Origin: Myxococcales bacterium
GTDB lineage: Bacteria > Myxococcota_A > UBA9160 > UBA4427
Reading direction: 5' to 3'
NCBI GenBank assembly: GCA_014240165.1
Contig: JAAZXM010000013.1
Location: 10,647 to 74,646, forward strand
Length of the DNA: 64,000 bases
Shown here: positions 26,180 to 36,920 of the stretch, one piece after another
Position numbering within the stretch: the stretch's first letter is position 1
Layout of the letters: each line of letters begins with the position of its first letter
Program-made: the position numbers and the translations under genes
Notes under the pieces: model-generated
Told to the model about the DNA's origin: nothing
Database searches by the model: none
The model's input: the letters and a program-made list of their open reading frames with translations, nothing else

Positions 26180-28366
26180 CTACTGGGCCTCGGCCGCAGC
26201 GTCCGCCAATGCCTCCTTGCGGGAGAGCCGAATCCGGCCGGCCGGATCGATGTCGATGCACTTGGCCAGGACCTCGTCCCCCTCGGAGACAACATCCGTC
26301 ACCGTATCGACCCGCCCCTCGGCGAGATGACTGATATGGATCAGGCCGTCGGTCCCGGGGAAGATCTCGGCGAAGGCACCGAAATCCACCACCCGCTTGA
26401 CCTTGGCGAGATAGACCTTGCCGATCTCGGCCTCCTGGGTGAGTTCCTGGACCATGGCGAGCGCCTGCTCCACCGAAGCCGAGTCAGGGCCGAAGACCGA
26501 AACCCGTCCGGAATCCTCCACATCGATCTTGGCACCCGTGGTTTCCTGGATTGCCCGGATCACCTTGCCGCCTGGCCCAATGATGTCGCGAATCCGATCG
26601 GGCTTGATGGTCAGCACCTCGAGCCGGGGTGCGAACTCGTGCAACTCGGTTCGGGGCTGGAGACCGCCCAATTCAGACTCAGTTTCCTTGTTCATGCAGT
26701 CGAGAATATGCAGTCGGCCATCTCGAGCCTGGGCCAGCGCCGTCTCGAGAATATCCCAATCGATCTGGGTGACCTTGATATCCATCTGCAGAGCGGTAAT
26801 TCCCTGATCCGTTCCCGCGACCTTGAAGTCCATATCGCCGAGATGGTCCTCGTCGCCGAGGATGTCGGACAGGATGACCGTGCGCTCGCCATCGGTGATC
26901 AGCCCCATGGCAATGCCTGCCACGGGTGCCTTGAGAGGCACACCCGCATCCAGCATCGCCAGGGTCGAACCGCAGACCGCGGCCATGGAGGAGGATCCAT
27001 TGGACTCGAGGGTCTCGCTCACGACACGAATCGTGTACGGGAAATCCTCGTGATCCGGCAATACGGGCGTCACTGCCCGCTCGGCCAGGGTCCCATGACC
27101 CACCTCTCGACGACCCGGCCCGCGAAGCGGCCTGGCCTCACCCACCGAGAAGGGCGGGAAGTTGTAATGAAGCATGAAGGTCTTCTTGAAACGCCCCCCC
27201 ATGCCGTCGATGGTTTGCTCATCGAAGCCGCTTCCCAGCGTGCAGTTCACCATGGCCTGGGTTTCGCCTCGGGTGAAGAGCGCCACGCCGTGAGGTCGCG
27301 GAACAGCACGCACCTCGCACGCGATATTTCGAATCTCGGTATTCTTTCTTCCGTCGATCCGCTCGCCTGTGCTCAGAACCCGGTCGCGCATGAGTTCACC
27401 GCCCAGGTCGTGGAGAATATTGCCCACGTTGGAGCGAAGTTCGGAAAGGCCCGTCCTTCGATCCTCCCAGCCCGCCAGGCTGTCGATGGTCACCTTCTCA
27501 TTCGCGTACGCGTCCACGTACCCTTCCAGCACTTCCTTCTCCACCGCCTTGACCGCAGAACTGCGCTCAAATTTGCCTTGGATCTGGAATGCCTCGGAAA
27601 GGCGCTGCTCTGCTTTCGCCTTGATCTCCGCTTCCAGTGCCGACGTATCCGGCAGAGCGGCGGGAACAAGCTTCTCCTTGCCCACCTGCTTCTGGAAATC
27701 CTCGATGGTGCCGATGATCTCGAGAATCTTCTCGTGGGCATGCTTCAGGGCGCCGAGCATCTCGGCTTCGGGGACCTGCTGAGCGCCGCCCTCCACCATC
27801 ACCACCGAACCGCGGGTGCCCGCAACCACCAATTCGAGATCCGCACCTTCCAGATCTTCGGGCTTCGGGTTGATGAGGAATTCGCCGTCGACCCGGGCGA
27901 TCCGCACCGCACCAATCGGACCCAGGAAGGGCAGATCGGAAATCGACAGCGCAGCGGAGGCACCCACGAAGGCACACATATCGGCGGAAGAATCGGGCTC
28001 TGCGGAAAGCACCGTCGCGGTCACCTGGGTGTCGTCGTTGTAGCCCTCGGCAAAGAGGGGCCGAATCGAGCGGTCGATGAAACGCGAGGTCAGAACCTCG
28101 CGATCCGAGAGTCGACCCTCACGCTTGAAGAAGCCGCCGGGGATCTTGCCCGCAGCCGCGAATTTCTCGACGAAATCCACGGTCAGGGGAAAGAAGTCGA
28201 TCCCCGGGCGCGGCTTGGAGTGTACGGCGGTCACCAGCACTGAAGTCGCGCCGTAACTCACCACAACGGAACCCGCGGCCTGCTTGGCTACGCGCCCCGT
28301 TTCAATTTTCATTTCTCGCCCGCCCACGTCCATCGTGACGGTCGTTGGTTCAAACCAATAAGGCAT
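26180..28366 (-). CDS. pnp: Polyribonucleotide nucleotidyltransferase (PNPase)
   Basis: 728 aa with two RNase PH domains, KH, and S1 ([20 protein letters not shown]). Confidence 0.95.
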   Translation of the reverse strand: MPYWFEPTTVTMDVGGREMKIETGRVAKQAAGSVVVSYGATSVLVTAVHSKPRPGIDFFPLTVDFVEKFAAAGKIPGGFFKREGRLSDREVLTSRFIDRSIRPLFAEGYNDDTQVTATVLSAEPDSSADMCAFVGASAALSISDLPFLGPIGAVRIARVDGEFLINPKPEDLEGADLELVVAGTRGSVVMVEGGAQQVPEAEMLGALKHAHEKILEIIGTIEDFQKQVGKEKLVPAALPDTSALEAEIKAKAEQRLSEAFQIQGKFERSSAVKAVEKEVLEGYVDAYANEKVTIDSLAGWEDRRTGLSELRSNVGNILHDLGGELMRDRVLSTGERIDGRKNTEIRNIACEVRAVPRPHGVALFTRGETQAMVNCTLGSGFDEQTIDGMGGRFKKTFMLHYNFPPFSVGEARPLRGPGRREVGHGTLAERAVTPVLPDHEDFPYTIRVVSETLESNGSSSMAAVCGSTLAMLDAGVPLKAPVAGIAMGLITDGERTVILSDILGDEDHLGDMDFKVAGTDQGITALQMDIKVTQIDWDILETALAQARDGRLHILDCMNKETESELGGLQPRTELHEFAPRLEVLTIKPDRIRDIIGPGGKVIRAIQETTGAKIDVEDSGRVSVFGPDSASVEQALAMVQELTQEAEIGKVYLAKVKRVVDFGAFAEIFPGTDGLIHISHLAEGRVDTVTDVVSEGDEVLAKCIDIDPAGRIRLSRKEALADAAAEAQ

Positions 28367-28614
28367 CTTTCGCTCTCCTCTTCGGGAAATCCTCTCCTGA
28401 GGATCCGAAGTTCATTAGTGGCGGCCCGGAGGAAAGCATGCTCTGGAATGCAGGATCACTCATGCGCGAAATCGCCCGAAGGCATCCTTCGCGTATGACC
28501 AACTCCCGCATCCCATCGCAGCAGATCCGATCCGTGCTGCCGGTTGCTTGGGGTCTTGCCCATCCCACCCCCCGGGCGGACAGGCTCCTGGGGTCGCGAG
28601 GTGATTCCGGTCCA

Positions 28615-28632
28615 CACCGGAAGCCCCTTCGA
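28615..28632 (-). terminator. Stem-loop immediately downstream of rpsO (TTCCGGT-gtgg-ACCGGAA on the minus strand), no U-tract
   Basis: 7-bp perfect stem 5 nt after the rpsO stop. By analogy with the E. coli rpsO-pnp leader it may be a leaky terminator or processing hairpin. Confidence 0.45.
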
Positions 28633-28636
28633 CCAT

Positions 28637-28903
28637 CTATCGCCGCAGACCGAGACTCTCGATGAGTTCCTGGTAGCGGACGTAATCCTTTCGCTTGAGA
28701 TAATCGATCAAGCGCCGTCGCTGGCTGACGATCTTCAGCAGACCGCGCCGGGAATGATGATCCTTCTTGTGGTGTTTAAAGTGTTCCGCGAGTTCCTCGA
28801 GTCGCGCCGTGAGCAACGCCACCTGAACCTCGGTCGAACCGGTGTCCTTGTCGTGCTGCTTGTGCCCATCGATGGTACTTCGTTTCGTCTCGGCGGAGAT
28901 CAA
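28637..28903 (-). CDS. rpsO: 30S ribosomal protein S15
   Basis: [54 protein letters not shown] is near-canonical S15. TTG start with GAGGA upstream. Confidence 0.95.
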   Translation of the reverse strand: MISAETKRSTIDGHKQHDKDTGSTEVQVALLTARLEELAEHFKHHKKDHHSRRGLLKIVSQRRRLIDYLKRKDYVRYQELIESLGLRR

Positions 28904-29231
28904 CTTCGATTCCTCTTCATCCTGGCTTCGTTTCGCCCAGTTTCAACTCGGTCAACTTGCATGTCAACTTTCGCGGATCGTGTGGCTTCACGCGGCACAC
29001 ATACCCGCGTCCCGACCACCTCGCTCGCCTCCGCGTCCACATCCGGCCTTGTCTGCTCGCTCTGCCCTGGGGCGCACGCGCCGGTCGGGGGAACGCTCAG
29101 TCGGCCTGCGGTGGGTGCCCTTATCTCCGGGCAAACCAGCGGGGCTTCCGCGATCCGAATCGGCGTGAGTTTGGCAGAGGCCTCCGGCTGCCGCAATGGG
29201 GCCGCCCCTGAGGCCATCCGCCCCCGCTCAA

Positions 29232-30158
29232 CTAGCCCGGAAGCACCCGCAGCGGCCACAGGCGGCGATCCGCCCTCAATTCCAGAATGGCGATCAACCG
29301 GCCGTCCGGGTCCAACGCGGTCACCCGGGTTCCGGGCTTGGACCGATCGAGGTTCCCAGGCGCAATATCGCCCCCATTTTCCACCGTGCGGGCCCCCTGG
29401 GCGGCCAGCCGAATGACTGGGAACTCCAGGCCTTTTTCCGGCGGGATCAGCAATTCATCGATTTTCCCCGCCCGGGCGGCCTCCTCGCAGGTCTCAAAGG
29501 GGTGCGCCATCTCGATCCCGAAGGGCTGGCTCCGAAGCCGCCGCAGGTCTGCGAGATGGCCTCCGCAGCCCAGGGCCTGGCCCAGATCGTGCGCCAGGGT
29601 GCGAACGTAGGTCCCCCCGCCACACTCCACCGAGATCTCGACGTCCGGGGACTTGAAGCGAACCAACTCCAGGCGGTGGATCACCACCCGTTTGGGCTCG
29701 CGCTCCACTTCCTCGCCCTGGCGCGCCAGCTTGTAGAGGGCGACGCCGTCGCGCTTCACCGCGCTGTACATCGGCGGAATCTGCTCGATTTCGCCCACGA
29801 AAGCCTCCAGGGCCGAGCGGATTTCGGCCTCATCCGGAAGGGCCCCGTCGAAACGCTCCGTCACTTTGCCTTCGCCATCCAATGTATCCGTCACGCTGCC
29901 GAGCCGGACCGTGCCCACGTAGGTCTTGGTGCCGCTCCCGAAGAAGGGTGCGAGTTTCGTCGCTCCCCGAACCACGAGAGGCAGAACACCGGTCGCTTGG
30001 GGGTCCAGGGTGCCCAAATGCCCCACCCGGCGAATCCCCAGCCAACGCCGGGCGGCGTCGACCACATCATGGGACGTCTGGCCCCGGGGCTTGTCCACCA
30101 CCAGGAAACCCGCCGGTCCCGGCCGCTCCCGGCCACCCCGCCTACCCCTCCTCGCCAT
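29232..30158 (-). CDS. truB: tRNA pseudouridine(55) synthase
   Basis: VVDKPRGQTSHDVV and GHLGTLDPQATGVL motifs. Confidence 0.92.
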   Translation of the reverse strand: MARRGRRGGRERPGPAGFLVVDKPRGQTSHDVVDAARRWLGIRRVGHLGTLDPQATGVLPLVVRGATKLAPFFGSGTKTYVGTVRLGSVTDTLDGEGKVTERFDGALPDEAEIRSALEAFVGEIEQIPPMYSAVKRDGVALYKLARQGEEVEREPKRVVIHRLELVRFKSPDVEISVECGGGTYVRTLAHDLGQALGCGGHLADLRRLRSQPFGIEMAHPFETCEEAARAGKIDELLIPPEKGLEFPVIRLAAQGARTVENGGDIAPGNLDRSKPGTRVTALDPDGRLIAILELRADRRLWPLRVLPG

Positions 30159-30567
30159 TGCCTTCTCCCTTTTGGCCTTCCCCGCTTTTTGGGGAAGCGG
30201 AATCAGCTCCTTCCCGAGCGAATTCCGGCAGAGATCGAAGCAGAGCGAGTGTTCGGGAGCCCTCCTCGATGGATCGATCGTGACGAAACGAAAGCGCTGG
30301 CGTTCTCCGCAAGCTCAAGCCCGCCGCCAGGCGGGTCCGTAAAAAACCCGCTGCCGAGGCCAATCCCTGCTCGACTTCCTCCGCCTTCATGGCCTCTCCT
30401 GATTCAAGGGGACTCCAAAAAATCGTCGCCGTCGAGAGATCCGGGCTCAATTTGACCCGGGTCAAAGTCAGCAGACCAATACGCGGATCGCTGGTCTCCT
30501 CCCGGATCAGCCGGGCGAGTTCTCCGCGCACTTGTTCGGCAATGCGTTCGTTGCGGACGGACACCAA
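30142..30567 (-). CDS. rbfA: Ribosome-binding factor A
   Basis: RNERIAEQVRGELARLIREE...LLTLTRVKLSPDLSTATIFWS. It overlaps the truB start by 17 nt. Confidence 0.9.
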   Translation of the reverse strand: MVSVRNERIAEQVRGELARLIREETSDPRIGLLTLTRVKLSPDLSTATIFWSPLESGEAMKAEEVEQGLASAAGFLRTRLAAGLSLRRTPALSFRHDRSIEEGSRTLALLRSLPEFAREGADSASPKSGEGQKGEGNGEEG

Positions 30568-30915
30568 TCACTCTCTCTCCCAGGGGAGCGGATCCTCGTC
30601 CGCTCTCTCCTCATCCCAATCCTTCTGGTCTACGTCCAGGATCTCCACATCCGATGCTCGAATCTCAGCCAGGTGCAACGAGTCGACGAACTCGATGGCC
30701 GCGACCAGGCCTCTGCGAACTCCCTGGGCATCGCAACCCACCAGGGAGAGCCCGAGCACAGCGCGTTGCCAGGTATCCTGCCCGCCTACCTCTGCCACCG
30801 AGATATTGAAACGATTGCGAAGCCGCTGCACGATGGATTTGACAACGCCCCGTTTCTGCTTCAATGAGCGCGAACCGTGCACGTGCAACTCGATCAAACC
30901 CGCCCCAACCCTCAT
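30568..30915 (-). CDS. DUF503 (YlxP-like) protein
   Basis: LHVHGSRSLKQKRGVVKSIVQRLRNRFNISVAEVGGQDTWQRAVLG matches the DUF503 pattern. It sits in the conserved infB-ylxP-rbfA position, and its stop abuts the rbfA start. Confidence 0.8.
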   Translation of the reverse strand: MRVGAGLIELHVHGSRSLKQKRGVVKSIVQRLRNRFNISVAEVGGQDTWQRAVLGLSLVGCDAQGVRRGLVAAIEFVDSLHLAEIRASDVEILDVDQKDWDEERADEDPLPWERE

Positions 30916-30935
30916 GGACGTCTCACCTCCCGGCC

Positions 30936-33398
30936 TCAGAGGGTGGCCGGCACCTCCTCGACTTCAAAGATCTCGATCTCGTCGCCAACCTTCACGTCAT
31001 TAAAATTCGCGATACCGATGCCGCATTCAGTCCCGTTCGGAACCTCGCGCACATCATCCTTGAAGCGGCGCAAGGAACCGAGCCGCCCCTCGTAAACCTG
31101 AACGCCATCCCGCACCAGGCGGCAGTGCCCATCCCGGTTGGCCTTGCCCTCCACGATGATCGAGCCCGCGATCGTCCCGACCCGGGGAACCATGAAGAGT
31201 TGCCGCACCTCGGCGCGGCCGAGGAGGGTTTCCCTGCGAACCGGCGGCAGGAGACCCGCCATGGAAGCGCGGACTTCATCGAGCAAATCCATGATGATCG
31301 TATAGGTCCTCAGGTCGACACCATGACCATCAGCCGCCTTGCGTGCCGCAGGATCCGGCCGTACATGAAAGCCCACGACCACGGCGCTGCTGGCCGATGC
31401 CAACATCACGTCGTTCTCGTTGATCGCCCCGACGCCCGATGAGAGAATCTTCAGGTTGACATCTTCGGTGGAAAGCTTCTCGAGCGCGTCGGTCACCGCC
31501 TCGCAGGTTCCCTTGACGTCGGCCTTCAGCACGACAGAGAGTTCCTTCGGGCCGTCCACATCCGCCTGCGCGAAAAACTCTTCAAGGGTGTACTTCGCGG
31601 GTGCAGCGCTCACCTTGCCACGCTCCTGATCTTCGCGATGCGCGGTGATCTGTTTGGCAACGCGATCGGTCTCCACCGAATGGAACGCCGAACCCGCCGA
31701 CGGAACCCCGGAAAGCCCAAGCACCTGTACCGGCATGGAGGGCCCCGCTTCGGTGACCTTCGTGCCCAGATCATCCTCCATCACGCGCACCCGGCCCGAC
31801 TCGGTCTCCACGACGATCACATCGCCGCGACTCAGCGTGCCGTCCTGGATCAGAACCGTCGCCACGGGCCCACGGCCCTTGTCGAGCCGAGCATCAAGAA
31901 CAACGCCCCGGGCGCGGCGCTCGGGACTGGCCTGGAGTTCCATGACCTCGGTCTGGAGGCCGATCATCTCCAGCAGGTTCTCGATCCCCTCACCGGTCTT
32001 CGCGGATACGTTGACGCAGATCACATCGCCGCCAAATTCTTCGGGCACGAGATTGTGCTCGGTCAGCCGCTGCAAGGTCTTCGATGGGTCGGCGTCCGAA
32101 AGATCGACCTTGTTGATGGCCACCACGATGGGGCAACCCGCCGCCTGAGCATGCTCGATCGCCTCAACGGTTTGAGGCATCACGCCGTCGTTGGCCGCCA
32201 CCACCAGAATGACGATATCTGTGACCGCCGCGCCGCGCGCGCGCATAGCGGTAAATGCGGCATGTCCCGGGGTGTCGATGAACGTCAACTTCTTGTCGCC
32301 GGCCTCTGCCTGGTAGGCCCCGATATGCTGGGTAATTCCGCCGGCCTCACTATCGACGACCTTGAGGCGGGTATTGCGAATCGCGTCCAGGAGCGACGTC
32401 TTGCCGTGATCCACGTGCCCCATCACCGTGATGATCGGCGGGCGACTCGCGACTGCACCCTGCTCTTCGATTTCCTCGCCTTCCCCCGCAACTTCGCCGG
32501 TATTGAGGAATGCTTCTTCCTTGAACCCGACATCCTGAACTTCGAAGCCGTATTCGGTCGCCAGGCTCCGGCAGGTCTCCACATTGATGGCCTGATTGAT
32601 GGAAACCATGATTCCCATGGCCATCAACTTGCCCTGGACCGCCGGTGACTTCGCACCCAGCAGCTTGGCGAATTCTCCGACGCTGATTTCGCCTTCGACC
32701 TTGAGAAGCCGCTTCTGGTCGGCGGCGGGCTTCGCGGCCGGCAGGGCCAACTTGTCTCGCCGCTTCCGGCGGGGATTCGTCACAACGCGAGGCGCAATTT
32801 CCGTCGTCCGGCGAGTCTGCCCTCCCCGCCCGGTGATCTGGCGCGCAAAGCGTTCCTGCTCCTGCAGGTTCACCACTTCGCGGACGCGCTTGCGCTGGCG
32901 TCCCTTTCGATCCGGGGCAGGCTGAGCAGCATCGGGTCTCTGGGGCGCGCTCGGCTTCTTTTCCGGCGCACCGGATGCGGGTTCGACGACCGGAGCTTCG
33001 GGTTCCGCCGGAGCGGAAGCCTCGTCTTCGGTCTCGGCTTCAGCGGCCACTTCTTCTTCAACGACCGGCTCTTCGACAGCAGCAGGCTCGAGATCCGCTT
33101 CTTCGAGGGGCTCGGGCTCCGGTGCGGGCTCGGGTTCCGGTACGGGCTCTTCGACCTTCGCGCGCCGGCGGCGGCGAAGAACCGTCTTCCCGCCCTTGCG
33201 TTCGACCCGACTCTCCACCACCTGCTTCGATGATTCCGGGGGCGAACCGAGTTTCTGCCGTAACTCCGCCACTTGCTCTTCGTCGAGCGACGCCATCGCG
33301 CTCTTGAGCTCAACGCCCGCCTCCGCCGCTTTTTCGACGAAATCGTGCCGGTCGATCCCCAACTCTTCAGCGAGCTTATACGCCCTGATCTTGGCCAT
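30936..33398 (-). CDS. infB: Translation initiation factor IF-2
   Basis: GTPase domain [14 protein letters not shown]...DTPGH...NKVD. The N-terminal region is acidic and Pro/Glu-rich. Confidence 0.95.
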   Translation of the reverse strand: MAKIRAYKLAEELGIDRHDFVEKAAEAGVELKSAMASLDEEQVAELRQKLGSPPESSKQVVESRVERKGGKTVLRRRRRAKVEEPVPEPEPAPEPEPLEEADLEPAAVEEPVVEEEVAAEAETEDEASAPAEPEAPVVEPASGAPEKKPSAPQRPDAAQPAPDRKGRQRKRVREVVNLQEQERFARQITGRGGQTRRTTEIAPRVVTNPRRKRRDKLALPAAKPAADQKRLLKVEGEISVGEFAKLLGAKSPAVQGKLMAMGIMVSINQAINVETCRSLATEYGFEVQDVGFKEEAFLNTGEVAGEGEEIEEQGAVASRPPIITVMGHVDHGKTSLLDAIRNTRLKVVDSEAGGITQHIGAYQAEAGDKKLTFIDTPGHAAFTAMRARGAAVTDIVILVVAANDGVMPQTVEAIEHAQAAGCPIVVAINKVDLSDADPSKTLQRLTEHNLVPEEFGGDVICVNVSAKTGEGIENLLEMIGLQTEVMELQASPERRARGVVLDARLDKGRGPVATVLIQDGTLSRGDVIVVETESGRVRVMEDDLGTKVTEAGPSMPVQVLGLSGVPSAGSAFHSVETDRVAKQITAHREDQERGKVSAAPAKYTLEEFFAQADVDGPKELSVVLKADVKGTCEAVTDALEKLSTEDVNLKILSSGVGAINENDVMLASASSAVVVGFHVRPDPAARKAADGHGVDLRTYTIIMDLLDEVRASMAGLLPPVRRETLLGRAEVRQLFMVPRVGTIAGSIIVEGKANRDGHCRLVRDGVQVYEGRLGSLRRFKDDVREVPNGTECGIGIANFNDVKVGDEIEIFEVEEVPATL

Positions 33399-33415
33399 GC
33401 GCTCCGTATCCGAGG

Positions 33416-34825
33416 CTACCCTGCCGCCTCATCGCTTGGAATATCCGCTGTTTCCTCATCCATCTCCGCGATGGACTCGGCTCCCGTTTCAGCTTCGGCC
33501 TCCGACTGGGCCCGGCTGGCTTCCGCCGCCGCTTCCTCTTCCAGCCGCTGCTGTTCTTCTTCTTCGACCTTCACGCTCACCAATTCTGCAGCGCGAGCTT
33601 TGATTCCGGCGGCGCCCTCCTCGTCCACTCCGGGGAAGGACGTCAGAAGCTCGACCGAGCTCTGAGAGAGATCCTCAAGGCTGGTCACACCTTGCTGGAG
33701 CAGCAATTCAGCCTCGGGATCGCCACACCCCTCCACAACGGAAACCGCCCTGGAAAGCCATTCCGCGATTTCCCTCATCTTCGACTCGCTCTTGATGTCG
33801 ATCTTCCAGCTCGTGAGCTGAACCGCCAGGCGAACATTCTGGCCCCGGCGACCGATGGCCAGGGAGAGCTGATCATCGGGAACGATCACATCCATCGACC
33901 GGGTTTCTTCGTCGATGATGACCTTCGAGACCTGGGCCGGAGAGAGCGCACTGTAGACATAACGCGCAGGGTCGGCGTTCCAGGGCACAATATCGATCCG
34001 CTCTCCCCTCAACTCCTGCACCACGGATTGCACGCGGCTTCCCTTCATGCCCACGCAGGCACCCACCGGATCCACATCGCTATCCCGAGACGACACGGCG
34101 ATTTTTGAGCGCCCGCCGGGCTCGCGCGCCGCGGATTCGATGGACACGATTTTCTCGTACATCTCCGGCACTTCCTGCTCGAAGAGCTTGGTGAGCAATT
34201 CGGTGGCGGTTCGGGACAAGACGATCTGGGGGCCCTTGCTCATCCGATTGACCTCGAGCACGTAGGCTCGGATCCGATCGCCGGGTCGATAACCTTCCCG
34301 GGGCACCTGCTCCTTGGGCGGAAGAATCGCCTCGGTCCTGCCAAGGTCGACGATCAACGAGCCCTTTTCGAAACGCCGCACGATGCCATTGACGACCTCG
34401 CCCTGACGATCGGAATACTCGTCGTAGGTATGATCGCGCTCGGCATCCCTGAGGCGCTGAATAATCACCTGCTTGGCCGCCTGGGCCAGGATGCGACCGA
34501 AGCCGGTGGTATCCATCTTCACACCGATATCGTCGCCCACCTCGGCCTCGGGATCGTATTCAGCGCGAGCCACCGCCAGCGCGATCTGGCTCTTGGGATC
34601 GTCCACGTCCTCGACGACCTCCATGAACTCAAAGAGTTCGATCTCGCCGAGTTCCTCGCTGTAGCGGGCTTCGATCTCTTTTTCCTGGCCGTGCCGCTTG
34701 CGTGCGGCCTGGACCATGGCTTCCTCAAGAGCGCCGATAATCTCGCCCGAATCGATCCCTTTATCTTTCGCAATCTGATCAATTTCACGCTTCAAAGTCG
34801 CGATGAGCATGCTTGCTCCAGTCAA
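33416..34825 (-). CDS. nusA: Transcription termination/antitermination factor NusA
   Basis: N-terminal domain, S1 (GEVVNGIVRRFEKGSLIVDLG), two KH domains and an acidic C-terminal tail. Confidence 0.95.
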   Translation of the reverse strand: MTGASMLIATLKREIDQIAKDKGIDSGEIIGALEEAMVQAARKRHGQEKEIEARYSEELGEIELFEFMEVVEDVDDPKSQIALAVARAEYDPEAEVGDDIGVKMDTTGFGRILAQAAKQVIIQRLRDAERDHTYDEYSDRQGEVVNGIVRRFEKGSLIVDLGRTEAILPPKEQVPREGYRPGDRIRAYVLEVNRMSKGPQIVLSRTATELLTKLFEQEVPEMYEKIVSIESAAREPGGRSKIAVSSRDSDVDPVGACVGMKGSRVQSVVQELRGERIDIVPWNADPARYVYSALSPAQVSKVIIDEETRSMDVIVPDDQLSLAIGRRGQNVRLAVQLTSWKIDIKSESKMREIAEWLSRAVSVVEGCGDPEAELLLQQGVTSLEDLSQSSVELLTSFPGVDEEGAAGIKARAAELVSVKVEEEEQQRLEEEAAAEASRAQSEAEAETGAESIAEMDEETADIPSDEAAG

Positions 34826-34869
34826 TCATTGAACCCCGAGTCGCTTTCGGGGTCGCTTGCCGCTCCGCT

Positions 34870-35373
34870 TCAGGCGGAGCCATCTATTTGAAAATCGGCA
34901 CTGCTGAACGCATAGACCGAATTGGCTTTTTCGATGTCATCGAACGGAATCTCCACGTCCTGCCCATCGACATTCACTTTTACCGTTCGGTCCGTATACG
35001 CGACCAGCTGGCCACTGAAACGCCGCCGCCCATCCAGCGGGCGGCGAGTCGTGAGTCTTATCCCGCTTCCGCAGGCTGCAGTAAAATCCTTCTCCCGGGC
35101 GAGCATCCGGTCCAGTCCCGGAGAAGACACCTCCAGGCGATAGGCCGTCTCCATCACGTCGGCAGCATCGAGACTGCTCTCGATCTCTCGGGAGGCTCGG
35201 GCCAGATGATCCACAGGAATCCTGCCGTCGCCCGACGTATTGTCCAGGGTGACGCGCAAGATGGCCTGCCCGCGGTCGCGCACGGTCTGAACGTCCATCA
35301 ACTCGAGGCCATGCTCCGTCACGACGGGTTCTATGGCCTTCCTGAGTTCCTCGGGTATATCCCGATACACCAC
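34870..35373 (-). CDS. rimP: Ribosome maturation factor RimP
   Basis: IEPVVTEHGLELMDV...RLEVSSPGLDRML is typical RimP. I prefer the GTG at 35373 (GGGAGG 6 nt upstream). The track start (TTG 35436) lies inside the T-run of the upstream terminator. Confidence 0.85.
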   Translation of the reverse strand: MVYRDIPEELRKAIEPVVTEHGLELMDVQTVRDRGQAILRVTLDNTSGDGRIPVDHLARASREIESSLDAADVMETAYRLEVSSPGLDRMLAREKDFTAACGSGIRLTTRRPLDGRRRFSGQLVAYTDRTVKVNVDGQDVEIPFDDIEKANSVYAFSSADFQIDGSA

Positions 35374-35434
35374 TCTGGCCCTCCCGTCGTTCTCGACTGC
35401 AACCCACTTTGAACTCCGCTTTCCGGGACTCAGC

Positions 35435-35458
35435 AAAAAAAAAACGGACGCTCGTCCG
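35435..35458 (-). terminator. Intrinsic terminator or attenuator directly upstream of rimP (minus strand CGGAC-gagc-GTCCG followed by T10)
   Basis: The plus strand shows A10 (35435-35444) followed by cggacgctcgtccg. A second 8-bp hairpin, CCAGGCCA/TGGCCTGG (35478-35505), lies just 5' of it on the transcript. Confidence 0.65.
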
Positions 35459-35993
35459 CTTTCCCGGCTTCAACTCACCAGGCCATCGCTCACTTGCTGG
35501 CCTGGCGGGAATCGACCCAACCCCGAATACCCGAAAAGCATTCTACCTACACTGGCTTACCGCCTGCTTAATGCCAGTCATCGATCGTTCACGGTTCACC
35601 CGCCCCCGCACGCGTCACCAGACCCTTCGCGCAAGCTTCAAGCGCACGCAGGATCTTGGGGGACGAATTTTCCGCTTCCATCTTTATTACTCTGGCCACG
35701 CTCGACTCTTCTTTCTCTTGCTGTGTTTCTTGCTTCATTCTCTTGCTCAGTCTCTGACTTCCACTCTCAGCGCCCGAGGACTCGACCCCGTCGAACTTCG
35801 AATCGCTTCTTCGTGACGCCGTACTCATTCAGCCTCGCTCCCTCGGGACCCGCCTGCCGGAATCGCTCTCTCCGGCCTGCCTTCGCCCATTCAGAAGCCT
35901 TGCTGCCCGCGGGCGGAAGTGCGAGGGAAGCCACGAACTGCCGCCGTAAGGCGCCGCAAAGTAAACGAAAACCGGCGGATTGGCAAGCGCGAT

Positions 35994-36920
35994 TCAGGCC
36001 TCGGGGAGCCGCAGCGCTCCAATCAGATCCGCGACCCGCGGGAAGCCTTTTCGGGTCGCGTAGGCGGCGATTCCCTCCGCGATCTCGCGTCCGGCGGCGG
36101 GGTTGAGGTAGTTCGCGGTCCCCACTTGGATCGCCGTGGCGCCACAAAGCAGGAACTTGATGGCGTCCTCCGGGGTAATAATCCCCCCGATACCGCAGAC
36201 CGGGATATTCACCGCCTGGGCCACCTGCCAGACCATCCGCAGGGCGATGGGCCGAATCGCCGGGCCCGAGAGCCCTCCGAGAATATTGCTCAAAACAGGC
36301 TGCTGGGTTTCGACGTCGACTTCCATGGCCTGAACCGCGTTGATGAGGGAGATGCCATCGGCTCCCGCCCCCTCGCAAACCCGCGCCATCTCATCGATTC
36401 GCGTGACATTCGGGGAGAGTTTCGCGAGCAGGGGCTTGGCGGTGACGGCCCTGACCCGGCTGATGAGTTCGCCGAGCAGGCGCGGATCCTGCCCGAACTC
36501 GATTCCCCCGCTCTTGACGTGGGGACAGGAGGCGTTGATCTCGATGCCGGCGATCCGGGGCGATTCCGAGAGCTTGGCGGCGAGTTCGGCGTAGTTGTCC
36601 GGCTCCGTCCCGAAACAGCTGGCGATCACCACCACGTTCTCGGGCAATGCCGACAGGCTCTCGGAGAGGAAAGCCTCCACCCCGATATTCTCGATGCTGA
36701 TGGCGTTGAGCATGCCCGAGGGCGTCTCGGCGATGCGCGGCGGCGGATTGCCCGCCCGGGGCTGCAGGGTCAGGCTCTTGGCCACGAAGCCCCCGATGGC
36801 CCCCAGGTCCATGAAGGGAGAAAACTCGCTCCCGTAGCCGAAGGTCCCGGAAGCCGTGAGGACCGGGTTACGAAGCTCGATTCCCGCGAGATTGACCCGC
36901 TCGTCGACTGCGCCGCTCAC
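35994..36920 (-). CDS. pyrD: Dihydroorotate dehydrogenase, class 1B catalytic subunit
   Basis: LRNPVLTASGTFGYG, INASCPHVK (catalytic Cys) and GGLSGPAIRPIALR. Start set at the GTG overlapping the pyrK stop (GTGA at 36917-36920). The track ORF extends spuriously to 37067. Confidence 0.9.
   Translation of the reverse strand: MSGAVDERVNLAGIELRNPVLTASGTFGYGSEFSPFMDLGAIGGFVAKSLTLQPRAGNPPPRIAETPSGMLNAISIENIGVEAFLSESLSALPENVVVIASCFGTEPDNYAELAAKLSESPRIAGIEINASCPHVKSGGIEFGQDPRLLGELISRVRAVTAKPLLAKLSPNVTRIDEMARVCEGAGADGISLINAVQAMEVDVETQQPVLSNILGGLSGPAIRPIALRMVWQVAQAVNIPVCGIGGIITPEDAIKFLLCGATAIQVGTANYLNPAAGREIAEGIAAYATRKGFPRVADLIGALRLPEA

Noticed and set aside
26000-28243. 747-aa plus-strand ORF
   Set aside because: It is exactly antisense to pnp, whose identity is unambiguous.
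35490-35570. tRNA-like element upstream of rimP (by analogy with E. coli metY)
   Set aside because: The minus strand has a T-loop-like GGGTCGATTCCC, a 7-bp closing helix with one mismatch (CAGGCGG/CCGCCAG) and a possible anticodon arm (AATGC-TTTTCGG-GTATT). However, the enclosed length is only 51 nt, and no proper D or T stems can be drawn. At best it is a decayed tRNA.
35589-35828. 79-aa minus-strand ORF (MSTASRRSD...RAGAGEP)
   Set aside because: Third-position GC is poor compared with real genes here. There is no convincing Shine-Dalgarno sequence and no family match. It is kept only as an alternative explanation inside the rimP-leader finding.
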